From Telluria sp. (lineage in GTDB: Bacteria > Pseudomonadota > Gammaproteobacteria > Burkholderiales > Burkholderiaceae_D): a stretch of 58,824 nucleotides of DNA. The first letter of the stretch is position 1; each line of letters opens with the position of its first letter. The stretch covers positions 1-58,824 of the forward strand of contig DASWYE010000055.1 in the NCBI GenBank assembly GCA_036405115.1. Direction: 5' to 3'. Below, in pieces: positions 10,809-19,295 of this stretch. Under the pieces are notes generated by a model. The model made no database searches, was not told the origin of the DNA, and was given only the letters and a program-made list of their open reading frames with translations. The position numbers were made by a program, and so were the translations under genes.

Positions 10809-10839
10809 AAAAAAGCCGGTGGCAACACCGGCTTTTTTT
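10809..10839 (+). terminator. Strong (bidirectional-type) intrinsic terminator
   Basis: AAAAAA-GCCGGTG-GCAA-CACCGGC-TTTTTTT. Confidence 0.9.
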
Positions 10840-10923
10840 ATGGCAAGTCCGTGCGCCCGCCAGTCGACTTTATGCGGTCGGGATGCTGCGCCGGACGTGC
10901 TACATCGGTTATCCTAAGCAACT

Positions 10924-12606
10924 ATGAATCCAATCCTCAAGCAGTTCTCCATCATCGTCACAGCCAGCATCGCGCTGGCCGGTTGCGCGAGCGCGCCCCA
11001 GGCCCCGATTGAAATCAACCTGGTTGCCATGAACGACTTCCACGGCAACCTCGAGGCGAGCAAATTCACCCACGCCGGCCCGGACGGAAAACCGGTGACG
11101 GTGCAGGCGGGCGGCATCAGCGCCGTGGCCGCCGCGGTGCATGCCTGGCGCGCGCAGGACCCAAACCTGGTGCTGGTCGGCGCCGGCGACCTGGTGGGCG
11201 GCACGCCGGCCATGTCGTCGATGTGGAATGACGAGCCGACCATCAATGCACTGAACCTGCTCGGCATGAATTTCAGCTCGGTGGGCAACCATGAATTCGA
11301 CAGCGGCCGCATCGAACTGCTGCGCAAGCAGCATGGCGGTTGCGAGACCCCGCGCGCGGACAAGGCCTGCAAGCTGGCGCCTGACTTCAGCGGCGCCAGA
11401 TTCCAGTACCTCGCCGCCAATGTGATCGACAAGGCCACCGGCAAGCCCTTCCTGCCTGCGTGGCGCATCGAGGAAGTACGCGGCGTGAAGATCGGTTTTA
11501 TCGGTGCCGTATTGAAGGGAACGCCCGAACTGGTGCTGGCCTCCGGCATCGAGGGACTGGCATTCCAGGATGAGGCGACCGCGATCAACCGCGTGCTGCC
11601 CGAAGTGCGCGCCGCCGGCGCCACTGTGTTCATCGTGCTGATCCACGAAGGCGGCACCACCAGGGAGCCGTACCACAAGCAGGACTGCAGCGAACTGGCC
11701 GGCCCGATCGTCGATATCACCAAGAAGCTTGACCCGGCCGTGCGCCTTGTGGTCAGTGGCCACACGCACCGCGGCTACCAGTGCAAGGTCGATGGCCGCA
11801 CCGTCACCCAGGCTGAGTATGCGGGCCACATGCTGTCGCGGATCAAGCTGACCGTGGATCCTTCCACCCGCGCACTGCAACACGTCGAAACGAACAACGT
11901 CGTTGTGAAGGTCGGTGATTTCCCGCAGGTGCAGGCGGTGGCCGATTACCTCGCGACCGTCAAACAGCGCAGCCAGGCAGCGCTGGCCCGGCCGGTCGGA
12001 CGCATGGCGGTGCGCAGCATCGACCGCCGCCTCGACCCGGCCGGCGAATCGCCGCTGGGCGGCATCGTCGCCGATGCGGTCTGGTTCGCGACCAGGCAGC
12101 AGGGTGCCGACATTGGCCTGATCAACACTGCCGGCGTGCGCAAGGACCTGGAATCGACCGCCGACGGTACCGTGACCTATGGCCAGGCACAGGCGGTCCT
12201 GCCCTTCAATAACACGCTGGTGGTGATGGAACTGACCGGCAAGCAGCTGGTGGAGATGCTCGAGATGCAATGGGCGCGCGAAGGCGTCGACGCACGCCAT
12301 TCGATGCTGCAGGTGTCGAAGAACTTCAGCTACCAGTGGGACAGCGAGCGTCCGCGCGGCGCGCGCGTGGTGCCGGGCAGCGTGCTGCTGAATGGCCAGC
12401 CGATCGTCGCGGACAAGGTCTACCGCGTGGCGGCCAACAACTTCCTCGCCGAAGGTGGCGATGGCTTCCCGATTTTCACCAAAGTGCCCAAGCGCGACAC
12501 GCAGGTCGTTGACATCGACGCGTTCATTGGCTTCCTGGCCAAGGGCGAACTGGCGCAGCCGGCCGCGTTTGCCGCGCCGGCCAAGCGCATCGTGCGCGTG
12601 AAATAA
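10924..12606 (+). CDS. Lipoprotein 5'-nucleotidase (UshA-like metallophosphoesterase plus 5'-nucleotidase C-terminal domain)
   Basis: Lipobox LAGC; motifs NDFHG, AGDLVG, GNHEFD, IHEG, SGHTH, LPFNN and EGGDGF. Confidence 0.92.
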   Translation: MNPILKQFSIIVTASIALAGCASAPQAPIEINLVAMNDFHGNLEASKFTHAGPDGKPVTVQAGGISAVAAAVHAWRAQDPNLVLVGAGDLVGGTPAMSSMWNDEPTINALNLLGMNFSSVGNHEFDSGRIELLRKQHGGCETPRADKACKLAPDFSGARFQYLAANVIDKATGKPFLPAWRIEEVRGVKIGFIGAVLKGTPELVLASGIEGLAFQDEATAINRVLPEVRAAGATVFIVLIHEGGTTREPYHKQDCSELAGPIVDITKKLDPAVRLVVSGHTHRGYQCKVDGRTVTQAEYAGHMLSRIKLTVDPSTRALQHVETNNVVVKVGDFPQVQAVADYLATVKQRSQAALARPVGRMAVRSIDRRLDPAGESPLGGIVADAVWFATRQQGADIGLINTAGVRKDLESTADGTVTYGQAQAVLPFNNTLVVMELTGKQLVEMLEMQWAREGVDARHSMLQVSKNFSYQWDSERPRGARVVPGSVLLNGQPIVADKVYRVAANNFLAEGGDGFPIFTKVPKRDTQVVDIDAFIGFLAKGELAQPAAFAAPAKRIVRVK

Positions 12607-12615
12607 GGAGTCCGC

Positions 12616-13845
12616 ATGCGCCGCTACCTGCTTGGCCTGCTCGCCTTCCTGGCCGGAAGCGCGCAGGCGCAATTCGCGATTCCCGGCTACGAGCTGGTCC
12701 AGACCGCGCCGGTCGAGACTACGCTCGCCAGCAGCGACTTGCGCGACCCGGTTACCGTATGGTCCGGGATGTTCGACACCGCCCGCGAGGAAATCGTGAT
12801 CGGCCAGTTCTATGCGGCCAGCCGCGCCGGCACGCCGTTCGACAAGGTGATGCAAAGCCTCGCCGCGGCGGGCGCGCGTGGCGTCAAGATCCGCTTCCTG
12901 CTCGACAAGAAGGGCGTCGGCATTTCCGAACCGGAGACACTGGAGCAGCTGCGCAAGATTCCCAACCTCGAACTGCGCGTGCTCGATTACTCGCAGCTGA
13001 CCGGCAATGGCATCATCCACGCAAAGTACCTGGTGGTGGACCGCAAGGCCGCCTTCGTCGGCAGCCAGAACTTCGACTGGCGCGCATTCACGCACATCCA
13101 CGAGACCGGCCTGCGCATCACCGATCCGGCCATGGTGGCGCAGGTGCTGGCCATCTTCGAGAAGGACTGGACCGCGCAGGGCCAGCTCGCCGCTGGCGTG
13201 AAGCTCGCGCCGATGGCGCCGGCCAGCCTGGCGCCTGCCACGATTGGAGAGAAGCAGCTGCTGGCCAGCCCGCACGGCATGAACCCGGCCGGCGTCGCCG
13301 ATTCCGAAGCCGCGCTGCCCGCACTGCTGGCCGAAGCGAAGAACGAGATCCGCATCCAGGTGCTCGACTACGCGCCGCTCAGCTACGGTCCCAACGGCAC
13401 ACGCCCGTACTACGGCGTGATCGACAATGCGATCCGTGCCGCGGCGACCCGCGGCGTCAAAGTGAAGCTGCTGGTGTCGAACTGGAATACCGAGAAGCCC
13501 GCGATCGCCTACCTCAAGAGCCTGTCCCTGGTGCCGAACGTGGAAGTGAAGATCGTCACGCTGCCGCAAGCATCGGAAGGCTTCATCCCGTTCGCGCGCG
13601 TCATCCACAGCAAGACCATGGTCATCGACGGCAAGACTGCGTGGATCGGCACGAGCAACTTCGCCGGCGGCTATTTCGACAAGTCGCGCAATCTCGAAGT
13701 GGTGCTGCGCAACGAAAAGATGGCGCAGCGCGTTCTGCAATCGCAGGACCAGGTGTGGAACTCGCAGTACGCCGCCCCGATCGATGTCAGCAAGGATTAT
13801 CCGAAGCCGAACAAAAGCGGCCAATCACCCAAGTCCAAGGAATAA
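12616..13845 (+). CDS. Secreted PLD-superfamily enzyme, PLD3/PLD4/vaccinia-K4-like (probable nuclease)
   Basis: Signal peptide ending AQA; two HKD motifs, IHAKYLVVD...GSQNFDWR and IPFARVIHSKTMVID...IGTSN; AGGAG RBS. Confidence 0.85.
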   Translation: MRRYLLGLLAFLAGSAQAQFAIPGYELVQTAPVETTLASSDLRDPVTVWSGMFDTAREEIVIGQFYAASRAGTPFDKVMQSLAAAGARGVKIRFLLDKKGVGISEPETLEQLRKIPNLELRVLDYSQLTGNGIIHAKYLVVDRKAAFVGSQNFDWRAFTHIHETGLRITDPAMVAQVLAIFEKDWTAQGQLAAGVKLAPMAPASLAPATIGEKQLLASPHGMNPAGVADSEAALPALLAEAKNEIRIQVLDYAPLSYGPNGTRPYYGVIDNAIRAAATRGVKVKLLVSNWNTEKPAIAYLKSLSLVPNVEVKIVTLPQASEGFIPFARVIHSKTMVIDGKTAWIGTSNFAGGYFDKSRNLEVVLRNEKMAQRVLQSQDQVWNSQYAAPIDVSKDYPKPNKSGQSPKSKE

Positions 13846-13848
13846 GCA

Positions 13849-14904
13849 ATGAAGAAACTCGCATGCGTGCTGGCGTTGGCCAGCGCATTTGCCGCCACCA
13901 ATGCCCACGCGTGGGGCAACGACGGCCACCGCGCGGTGGGCGCCATCGCCGACAAGCTGCTCAAGGGCACCAACGCGCAGAAGCAGCTGGCCGCGATCCT
14001 GTTCCCGGGCGAATCGCTCGAGTCGATCGCCAACTGGGCCGACTGTGTCAAGGGCACCTACTGCGGCCCGCAGACCCCGGAGATGGTCGGCTACGTGGAA
14101 GCCAACCCGAAGCACGGCACCTACCACTACACCGACGTGCCGTTCCAGCACAGCCACTATGAAGACGGCGCGCCGGGCGCGTTCGAGGACGACATCGTCC
14201 AGACCCTGAAGCAGGCCATCGCAGTGCTGCAAGGCAAGGCCGACCAGGATCCGTCCCTGAACCCGCACAAGTTCACCAAGCGCCAGGCGCTGATGCTGCT
14301 GGTGCACATGACCGGCGATATCCACCAGCCGCTGCACGTGGGCGCGGCCTACGTCGGCAAGGACGGCAAGTTCACGATCCCGAAAACGCACCACGATATC
14401 GATACGGTCAACATCTTCGATTCGCGCGGCGGTAATAATTTCCTGCTGGACGAAGGCAAGGTCGCCGCGATGGACGCGGCGCACATCCCCGGCCAGCCGC
14501 GTCCGGTGAAAGAGGGCGTGCCACGTGCGCTGACCAAGCCGTTCCACTCGTACTGGGACACCACCGTGGTCGACTACGCGATGCGCCGCAGCAGCACCAA
14601 AACGCCGGACCAGTTCGCGCAATATGCGATCGACAGCAAGCCGACTGTTGCCGCCAACACCGGCGAACCGGTGACCTGGCCGTACCAGTGGGCCAACGAT
14701 GCGCTGGCCCAGTCGAAGGTGGCGTACGCTGACGTGGTGCCGGGCCCGTTCCAGCAGCAGGTCAGCCGCAAGGGCGAAACCTACTACACCTGGTCGCTGG
14801 AAGTGCCGCAGGACTATCCGGTGCCAAGCTCCGCGCTGGCACGCACGCAACTGATCAAGGGCGGCTACAACCTGGCTGCCGTGCTGAAGGCAATTTTCCC
14901 TTAA
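13849..14904 (+). CDS. S1/P1 nuclease
   Basis: Signal peptide cleaves at AHA|WGNDGH, exposing the N-terminal Trp zinc ligand. WAD, YHY, HMTGDIHQPLH and HSYWD zinc-ligand motifs are all present. Confidence 0.93.
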   Translation: MKKLACVLALASAFAATNAHAWGNDGHRAVGAIADKLLKGTNAQKQLAAILFPGESLESIANWADCVKGTYCGPQTPEMVGYVEANPKHGTYHYTDVPFQHSHYEDGAPGAFEDDIVQTLKQAIAVLQGKADQDPSLNPHKFTKRQALMLLVHMTGDIHQPLHVGAAYVGKDGKFTIPKTHHDIDTVNIFDSRGGNNFLLDEGKVAAMDAAHIPGQPRPVKEGVPRALTKPFHSYWDTTVVDYAMRRSSTKTPDQFAQYAIDSKPTVAANTGEPVTWPYQWANDALAQSKVAYADVVPGPFQQQVSRKGETYYTWSLEVPQDYPVPSSALARTQLIKGGYNLAAVLKAIFP

Positions 14905-14914
14905 GGAGACCGAC

Positions 14915-15733
14915 ATGCGCTACCCGACGACTTGCATCCTGATGTGCGCAGTCGTCGGGGCGCAGGCCAGCGCCGCCCCCACGCTGCCGCTGTGGGAGGC
15001 CGGCGTCATCGGCGGGGCTGTCTCCATGCCCGCCTATCCTGCTTCTTCAGACCGCTCCACCCGGGGCATCGTTTTTCCCTACCTGATCTACCGCGGCAAG
15101 GTGTTCCGCTCCGATGAATCCGGCCTGCTGGCGCGCATCCTGCGCACCGAACGGATGGAGCTGGACATGGGCTTCGCCGCGTCGCTGCCGGCCCGTTCGG
15201 GAAGCATCGACGCGCGCGCGGGCATGCCGAACCTCGGTGCGCTGGGCGAATTCGGTCCGCGCCTGAAGGTCAAGGTCGGCGATGTCGCCACCACCAAAGT
15301 CCTGTTCGAACTGCCGGTGCGCACCGTGATCGAGGCGCGCGGCGGCCTGCGCCAGCGCGGCTGGACCGCCGAGCCGCGCCTGTCCTGGAGCACCGAGGAC
15401 GAAACCCGCCGCCTGTCGATGGGCACCAACTTCAGCGCCTTGTTCGGCGACCGCTCGATCAACCGCTATTTCTACGAGGTCGAGCCGCAGTACGCAACGG
15501 CCACACGCCCCGCCTATGCCGCGGACAGTGGATTGATACTGCTGCGCCTGGGCGCGAGCGCCAACTACAAGCTGACGCGCGACCTGCGCCTGTACGGTTA
15601 CGTGCGAGCAGAGAGCTACTCCCGCTCCGCCAACCGCGACAGCCCACTGCACCTCAAGTCCACCGGCTACTCGGGCGGCATTGCGCTCGCATGGATCATG
15701 GCGCGCTCGAAGCGGCCTGCAGCGGCTGACTGA
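14915..15733 (+). CDS. MipA/OmpV-family outer-membrane protein
   Basis: Motifs LPLWEAG, PAYPAS, PYLIYRG, ARAGMPNL and YFYEV; signal peptide; AGGAG RBS directly after the nuclease stop. Confidence 0.8.
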   Translation: MRYPTTCILMCAVVGAQASAAPTLPLWEAGVIGGAVSMPAYPASSDRSTRGIVFPYLIYRGKVFRSDESGLLARILRTERMELDMGFAASLPARSGSIDARAGMPNLGALGEFGPRLKVKVGDVATTKVLFELPVRTVIEARGGLRQRGWTAEPRLSWSTEDETRRLSMGTNFSALFGDRSINRYFYEVEPQYATATRPAYAADSGLILLRLGASANYKLTRDLRLYGYVRAESYSRSANRDSPLHLKSTGYSGGIALAWIMARSKRPAAAD

Positions 15734-15739
15734 ACGACC

Positions 15740-16534
15740 ATGGCAAGAGCGGCTATCGGCATACTGGCGCTCGCGGTACTTGCATATGCCGGCCTGTGTG
15801 CGCTGGTGTTCTTCCAGCAGCGCTCCCTGATGTATTTTCCTGTGCCGCCCACACCAACGCCCGCCGGCGCAGTAGCGATGGAGCTTCCTGTCGACGGCGC
15901 GCGCGTGACGGTGACTGTGTTCGGTCAAGAGCGCAGGCGGGCATTGCTTTATTTCGGCGGAAACGCCGAGGACGTCAATGGAAGCCTCGGCGGATTGTCG
16001 GCAGCGTTTCCCGACCATGCCATCTACCTGATGCATTACCGCGGCTATGGCAACAGTAGCGGCGAGCCTTCGGAGGCGGCGCTTGTATCGGACGCGTTGG
16101 CGCTTTACGACCAGGTGACGCGCAAGCACGCCGCGGTCGCCGTGGCGGGTCGCAGCCTGGGCAGCGGCGTGGCGATCCAGCTTGCCAGCGCACGGCCTGT
16201 CGAAAGGCTGGTGCTGGTCACCCCGTTCGACAGCATGCGGCATGTCGCCGCCGCGCACTACCGGTACCTGCCAGTCCGCTGGCTGATGCGGGAGACCTAC
16301 GACTCGCTAAAACATGCGCAGCACATATCTGCGCCCACCACCCTGATCGCCGCCGCCGAGGACAGGATCATTCGGCCCGCGCACGCGCGAGCGCTGTGGG
16401 CAGCTTTTCCGCAAGGCGTTGCGACGATGACGGTGATCGCGGGAGTCGGACATAACGATATCGAATCCAGTCCGCGCTATCTCCCTGCATTGAGGGGCGA
16501 GCCTGCGGTGCGGACCAGCCACCTGACACCTTAG
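15740..16534 (+). CDS. Membrane-anchored alpha/beta hydrolase (ABHD13/17-like)
   Basis: N-terminal TM, QRSLMYFP, YFGGNAE, YRGYG, nucleophile motif GRSLG and GHND. Confidence 0.88.
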   Translation: MARAAIGILALAVLAYAGLCALVFFQQRSLMYFPVPPTPTPAGAVAMELPVDGARVTVTVFGQERRRALLYFGGNAEDVNGSLGGLSAAFPDHAIYLMHYRGYGNSSGEPSEAALVSDALALYDQVTRKHAAVAVAGRSLGSGVAIQLASARPVERLVLVTPFDSMRHVAAAHYRYLPVRWLMRETYDSLKHAQHISAPTTLIAAAEDRIIRPAHARALWAAFPQGVATMTVIAGVGHNDIESSPRYLPALRGEPAVRTSHLTP

Positions 16535-16551
16535 CCAGAAGGAGAGCAAGC

Positions 16552-16968
16552 ATGCTGATCTCGGCCGTCCTGCGCAACGCTGGTGCAATGCATGATGTGA
16601 CTTTGTCCACCGATGGCGCGTCACACAGCCTGGGCGTCGCCGCAAAAGGCAACGGGCAGGGCTCATCGTTCAATGGCGGCGAATTCCTGTTGCTCGCGAT
16701 CGCGACCTGCTACTGCAATGATCTGTATCGCGAGGCCGCCCGGCTTGGCATGTCGGTGACCTCGGTGGAAGTGCGCGCCAGCGCCGAATTCGATGGTAGG
16801 GGCCTGGCCGCGCGCGACATCCGTTATGCAGCGAGGGTCGAGTCACCCGCTTCCGAAGAACAGGTGCAACGCCTGATCCGCGAAACGGACGCGGTGGCCG
16901 AGGTGCACAACACGCTCCGTTCCGGCGCGGCGGTGACGCGCGTGCCGTGGAGCGCGCCGCCGGAGTGA
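16552..16968 (+). CDS. OsmC-family protein
   Basis: NGGEFLLLAIATCYCND and AEVHNTLR; 138 aa; GGAG RBS. Confidence 0.8.
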   Translation: MLISAVLRNAGAMHDVTLSTDGASHSLGVAAKGNGQGSSFNGGEFLLLAIATCYCNDLYREAARLGMSVTSVEVRASAEFDGRGLAARDIRYAARVESPASEEQVQRLIRETDAVAEVHNTLRSGAAVTRVPWSAPPE

Positions 16969-16975
16969 GTCGGAA

Positions 16976-18262
16976 CTAGAGCCCCGCGCGGTTCTTGTTG
17001 GCCCGTTCCAGCATAAGGTCGCGCTCGCGGGCATTGCCGGCCAGTGCGGCTGCGCGCTCGAATTCCTTGCGCGCCTCATCGTGGCGGCCGAGCTTTTCCA
17101 GCAGGTCGCCGCGCACGCCGGGCAGCCATTGATACTCTTGCAGCGCGCGGTCGCGGCTAATTTCATCGACGATGGCGAGCGCCTCGAGCGGACCGCGCGC
17201 CATGCCCACCGCCACCGCCCTGTTCAGTTCCACTACCGGCGAATGTGCGACCCGGGCCAGCTCTTCATACAGGCCGATGATCGCCTCCCAGTCGGTTTGC
17301 TGTGCGGTCCGTGCGCGTGCATGGCAGGCAGCGATCGCCGCCTGCAAGCGGTAGGGGCCGGCCGGGCCGCCCGGGCCGCCCAGGCTCTCGGCAAGCGCAA
17401 GCGAATCGAGGCCACGGCCGATGAGCGGGATGTCCCAGCGCGAGCGGTCCTGGTCCAGCAGCAGCACGGGCCGACCGTCGCCGTCGGTGCGCGCTTTCGT
17501 CCGCGATGCCTGCAGCTCCATGAGTGCCACCAGCCCATGTACTTCCGGCTGGCGCGGCGCCAGGCGGGCGAGGAGGCGGCCCAGCCGCAGCGCCTCGTCG
17601 CACAGGGCAGGGCGCAACCAGTCGGTGCCCGAGGTGGCGGTGTAGCCTTCGTTGAAGATCAGGTAGACCGCTTGCAGCACCGAATCGATCCGCTCCGGCA
17701 GCGCTTCGGGTGGGGGCAGTTCGAACGGTACGGCCGCCTCGCGCAGCGTGCGCTTGGCACGCACCAGCCTTTGCGCCAGCGTCGGTTCCGGCACCAGGAA
17801 CGCGCGCGCAATCTCCTGCGTGGTCAGGCCCGCGACCGTCTTGAGCGTCAGCGCGATGCGCGCCTCGGTGGACAGGACCGGATGGCAGGCGGTGAACATC
17901 AGGCGCAGCACATCGTCGCCGATCACGTCATTGCGCGCGGCGTCCAGGCCGTCCACGAAATCAGGGACGACCAGCGCTTGCTGCGCCTCCAGGTCGAGAC
18001 CGATCTCCTGCAGCTTCTGCTGCAGCAGCTTGTCGCGGCGCAGGCGGTCGAACGCGCCATTCTTTGCCGTCGCCATCAGCCACGCTCCCGGGTTATCGGG
18101 GATGCCGGACGCGGGCCAGTGCTCCAGCGCAGACACCAGCGCATCCTGCGCCAGCTCCTCGGCCAGGCCGATATCGCGCACCAGGCGCGCGAGGCTGGCC
18201 ACGATCCTGGCGGATTCGCGCCGCCAGACGCTGGATATGACCCGGTCGACCCCTGGATGCAT
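16976..18262 (-). CDS. ECF sigma factor with a C-terminal TPR-like extension (ECF42 type)
   Basis: Motifs AEELAQDA, PDNPGAWL, DDVLRLMFTACHP, EIARAFLVPEPTLAQRLVRAK, YLIFNEGY and GPYRLQAAIAACH. Confidence 0.92.
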   Translation of the reverse strand: MHPGVDRVISSVWRRESARIVASLARLVRDIGLAEELAQDALVSALEHWPASGIPDNPGAWLMATAKNGAFDRLRRDKLLQQKLQEIGLDLEAQQALVVPDFVDGLDAARNDVIGDDVLRLMFTACHPVLSTEARIALTLKTVAGLTTQEIARAFLVPEPTLAQRLVRAKRTLREAAVPFELPPPEALPERIDSVLQAVYLIFNEGYTATSGTDWLRPALCDEALRLGRLLARLAPRQPEVHGLVALMELQASRTKARTDGDGRPVLLLDQDRSRWDIPLIGRGLDSLALAESLGGPGGPAGPYRLQAAIAACHARARTAQQTDWEAIIGLYEELARVAHSPVVELNRAVAVGMARGPLEALAIVDEISRDRALQEYQWLPGVRGDLLEKLGRHDEARKEFERAAALAGNARERDLMLERANKNRAGL

Positions 18263-18672
18263 CAGACGGCAGGTGGCGCGGCGTCAGGGTCCATGTACGA
18301 CAGTTCCCACACGTGGCCGTCGAGGTCTTCGAAGCCGTGGCCGTACATGAATCCGTAGTCCTGCACCTTGTTCGGCGCACGGCCGCCGGCGGCGATGGCC
18401 TTGGCGACCAGCTCGTCCACCTGCGCGCGGCTTTCACACGACAGGCAGGTCAGGACCTCGGTGGATTTGAATGCATCCGAAATCGGCTTGCTGGTAAAGG
18501 TCTGGAAGAACTCTTCGACCAGCAGCATGGCGAAGATATTCTCCGAGATGACCATGCAGATGGCCTGTTCATTGCTGAACTGCGGATTGAAAGTGAAACC
18601 GAGCGCGGAGAAGAACTCCTTCGTGCGGCCGATGTCCTTGACTGGCAGGTTGACGTAGATTTGCCTATGCAT
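18262..18672 (-). CDS. VOC/glyoxalase-family protein
   Basis: IYVNLPVKD, FFSALGF and FEDLDGHVWE; its stop overlaps the sigma-factor ATG. Confidence 0.9.
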   Translation of the reverse strand: MHRQIYVNLPVKDIGRTKEFFSALGFTFNPQFSNEQAICMVISENIFAMLLVEEFFQTFTSKPISDAFKSTEVLTCLSCESRAQVDELVAKAIAAGGRAPNKVQDYGFMYGHGFEDLDGHVWELSYMDPDAAPPAV

Positions 18673-18744
18673 GATGGTTCCTTTGCGGTGATGCCGGCGG
18701 TTTCGATGGCAGCGGCGCTGCGCATGGCCGGGTTCTATCTCTAC

Positions 18745-18771
18745 GACGAACCGGCGCGGCCGGAATCGACA
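18745..18771 (-). promoter_or_regulatory. ECF42-type promoter (-35 TGTCGA, -10 CGTC)
   Basis: The minus strand reads TGTCGA-ttccggccgcgccggtt(17)-CGTC, about 70 bp upstream of the VOC-sigma pair. Confidence 0.7.
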
Positions 18772-18786
18772 CGCGCCGCAAAATAT

Positions 18787-19146
18787 TCAGCTGTCTTCGT
18801 AGCAGGGTGCCAGCGCGCGCACTTCGACCGTAGCCCACTCCGCGGCAGGGCAGCGGGCGGCGAGGGCGACCGCCTCCTCGCGCGACTTCACGTCGACCAT
18901 GAAGAAGCCGCCAATCATCTCCTTCGCCTCGGCGAAAGGGCCATCCAGCACGCGCGCCTTGCCCGCTTCGACGCGTACGCGGGCCGCCGAATTCTGCGAA
19001 GCCAGCGCTTCACCGCCCAGCAGCACTCCTTCGGCATGCAGCTCCGCGCCGAACGCCAGCATGCGGTCGTACAGGGCGCGCCCTTCGGAGTCCGAGCGGG
19101 TGGCGCGCTGGCCGACAGGTTCGTGGATCAGCAACATGTACGTCAT
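18787..19146 (-). CDS. YciI/DGPF-domain protein
   Basis: DGPFAEAKEMIGGF motif and VEVR; a typical ECF42 neighbour. Confidence 0.92.
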   Translation of the reverse strand: MTYMLLIHEPVGQRATRSDSEGRALYDRMLAFGAELHAEGVLLGGEALASQNSAARVRVEAGKARVLDGPFAEAKEMIGGFFMVDVKSREEAVALAARCPAAEWATVEVRALAPCYEDS

Positions 19147-19295
19147 TTCTTATTCCGAATAGGCCAAATATTAAGAAAATACCATGATTTAAGGCAGGGA
19201 TTGATTCTTTGTACAAACTCGCTTAAGGTTTGATCTTTGTTAATGCCTCATCCGCTGGACCGGTTATCCCGCCACATTCCTGAAGGGCCAATATC

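Noticed and set aside
12616-14904. PLD plus nuclease as an anti-phage defence system
   Set aside because: Both have export signals and sit in a nutrient-uptake context with a nucleotidase and a TBDT; no helicase, ATPase or methylase partner is present.
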